NCBI GenBank assembly: GCA_031401505.1
Contig: JANNRO010000063.1
Location: forward strand, 1 to 46,630
Direction of reading: 5' to 3'
DNA from: Planctomycetia bacterium
GTDB taxonomy: Bacteria; Planctomycetota; PLA2; JAEUHO01
Length of the DNA stretch: 46,630 nt
Below, one piece after another: positions 46,621 through 46,630 of this stretch. Position 1 is the first letter of the stretch. Each line of letters begins with the position of its first letter. The notes beneath the pieces were generated by a model. The model saw only the letters and a program-made list of their open reading frames with translations. It had not been told where the DNA came from and ran no database searches. The position numbers were made by a program, and so were the translations under genes.

Positions 46621-46630
46621 ATTATTGACC

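Overview
This is a high-GC bacterial chromosomal segment, about 70% GC by hand counts of 60-nt lines, with a few islands at 50-60%. It covers the replication-origin neighbourhood.

Core layout: cysteine desulfurase, then dnaA, then a ~600-nt lower-GC spacer with four same-orientation TyTCCACA boxes (candidate oriC). After that come dnaN, a DUF721/DciA-like gene and gyrB. parB with a perfect 16-bp parS-like palindrome lies ~14 kb to the left, and rpmH sits at the far left.

Other recognisable content:
- A long minus-strand run, tightly packed with several 4-nt start/stop overlaps: trpG/pabA-like, pyrF, SAM methyltransferase, bshC, bshB, bshA, sigma-70 factor, hemW.
- kdsC, a 1089-aa exported beta-rich protein, and tatA.
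- An M50 protease, an scpA-fmt single reading frame, and a usp gene.
- A minus-strand regulatory cluster: sigma-54 enhancer-binding protein, small ORF, secreted beta-helix protein, and an ECF sigma factor fused to a membrane/extracytoplasmic domain.

I found no rRNA, tRNA, CRISPR array, transposase or integrase.

Most notable observations:
1. dnaN is full length but carries two in-frame TAG codons 30 nt apart, and TAG is clearly an ordinary stop here.
2. A 465-aa protein with a C-terminal HPr-like domain is translationally coupled to a JAMM/MPN metalloprotease.
3. ScpA and Fmt are encoded without an intervening stop.
4. kdsC is coupled to a giant membrane-anchored beta-rich protein, a possible Lpt/AsmA-like bridge, and to tatA.
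5. The sigma-54 activator has an uncharacterised, compositionally atypical ~700-aa N-terminus. It sits next to a candidate -24/-12 promoter and TGTGGA repeats.
6. Two small repeat families are present: a REP-like hairpin and a 44-nt element upstream of two unrelated genes.

All family assignments rest on motif recognition by eye. No database search was run.
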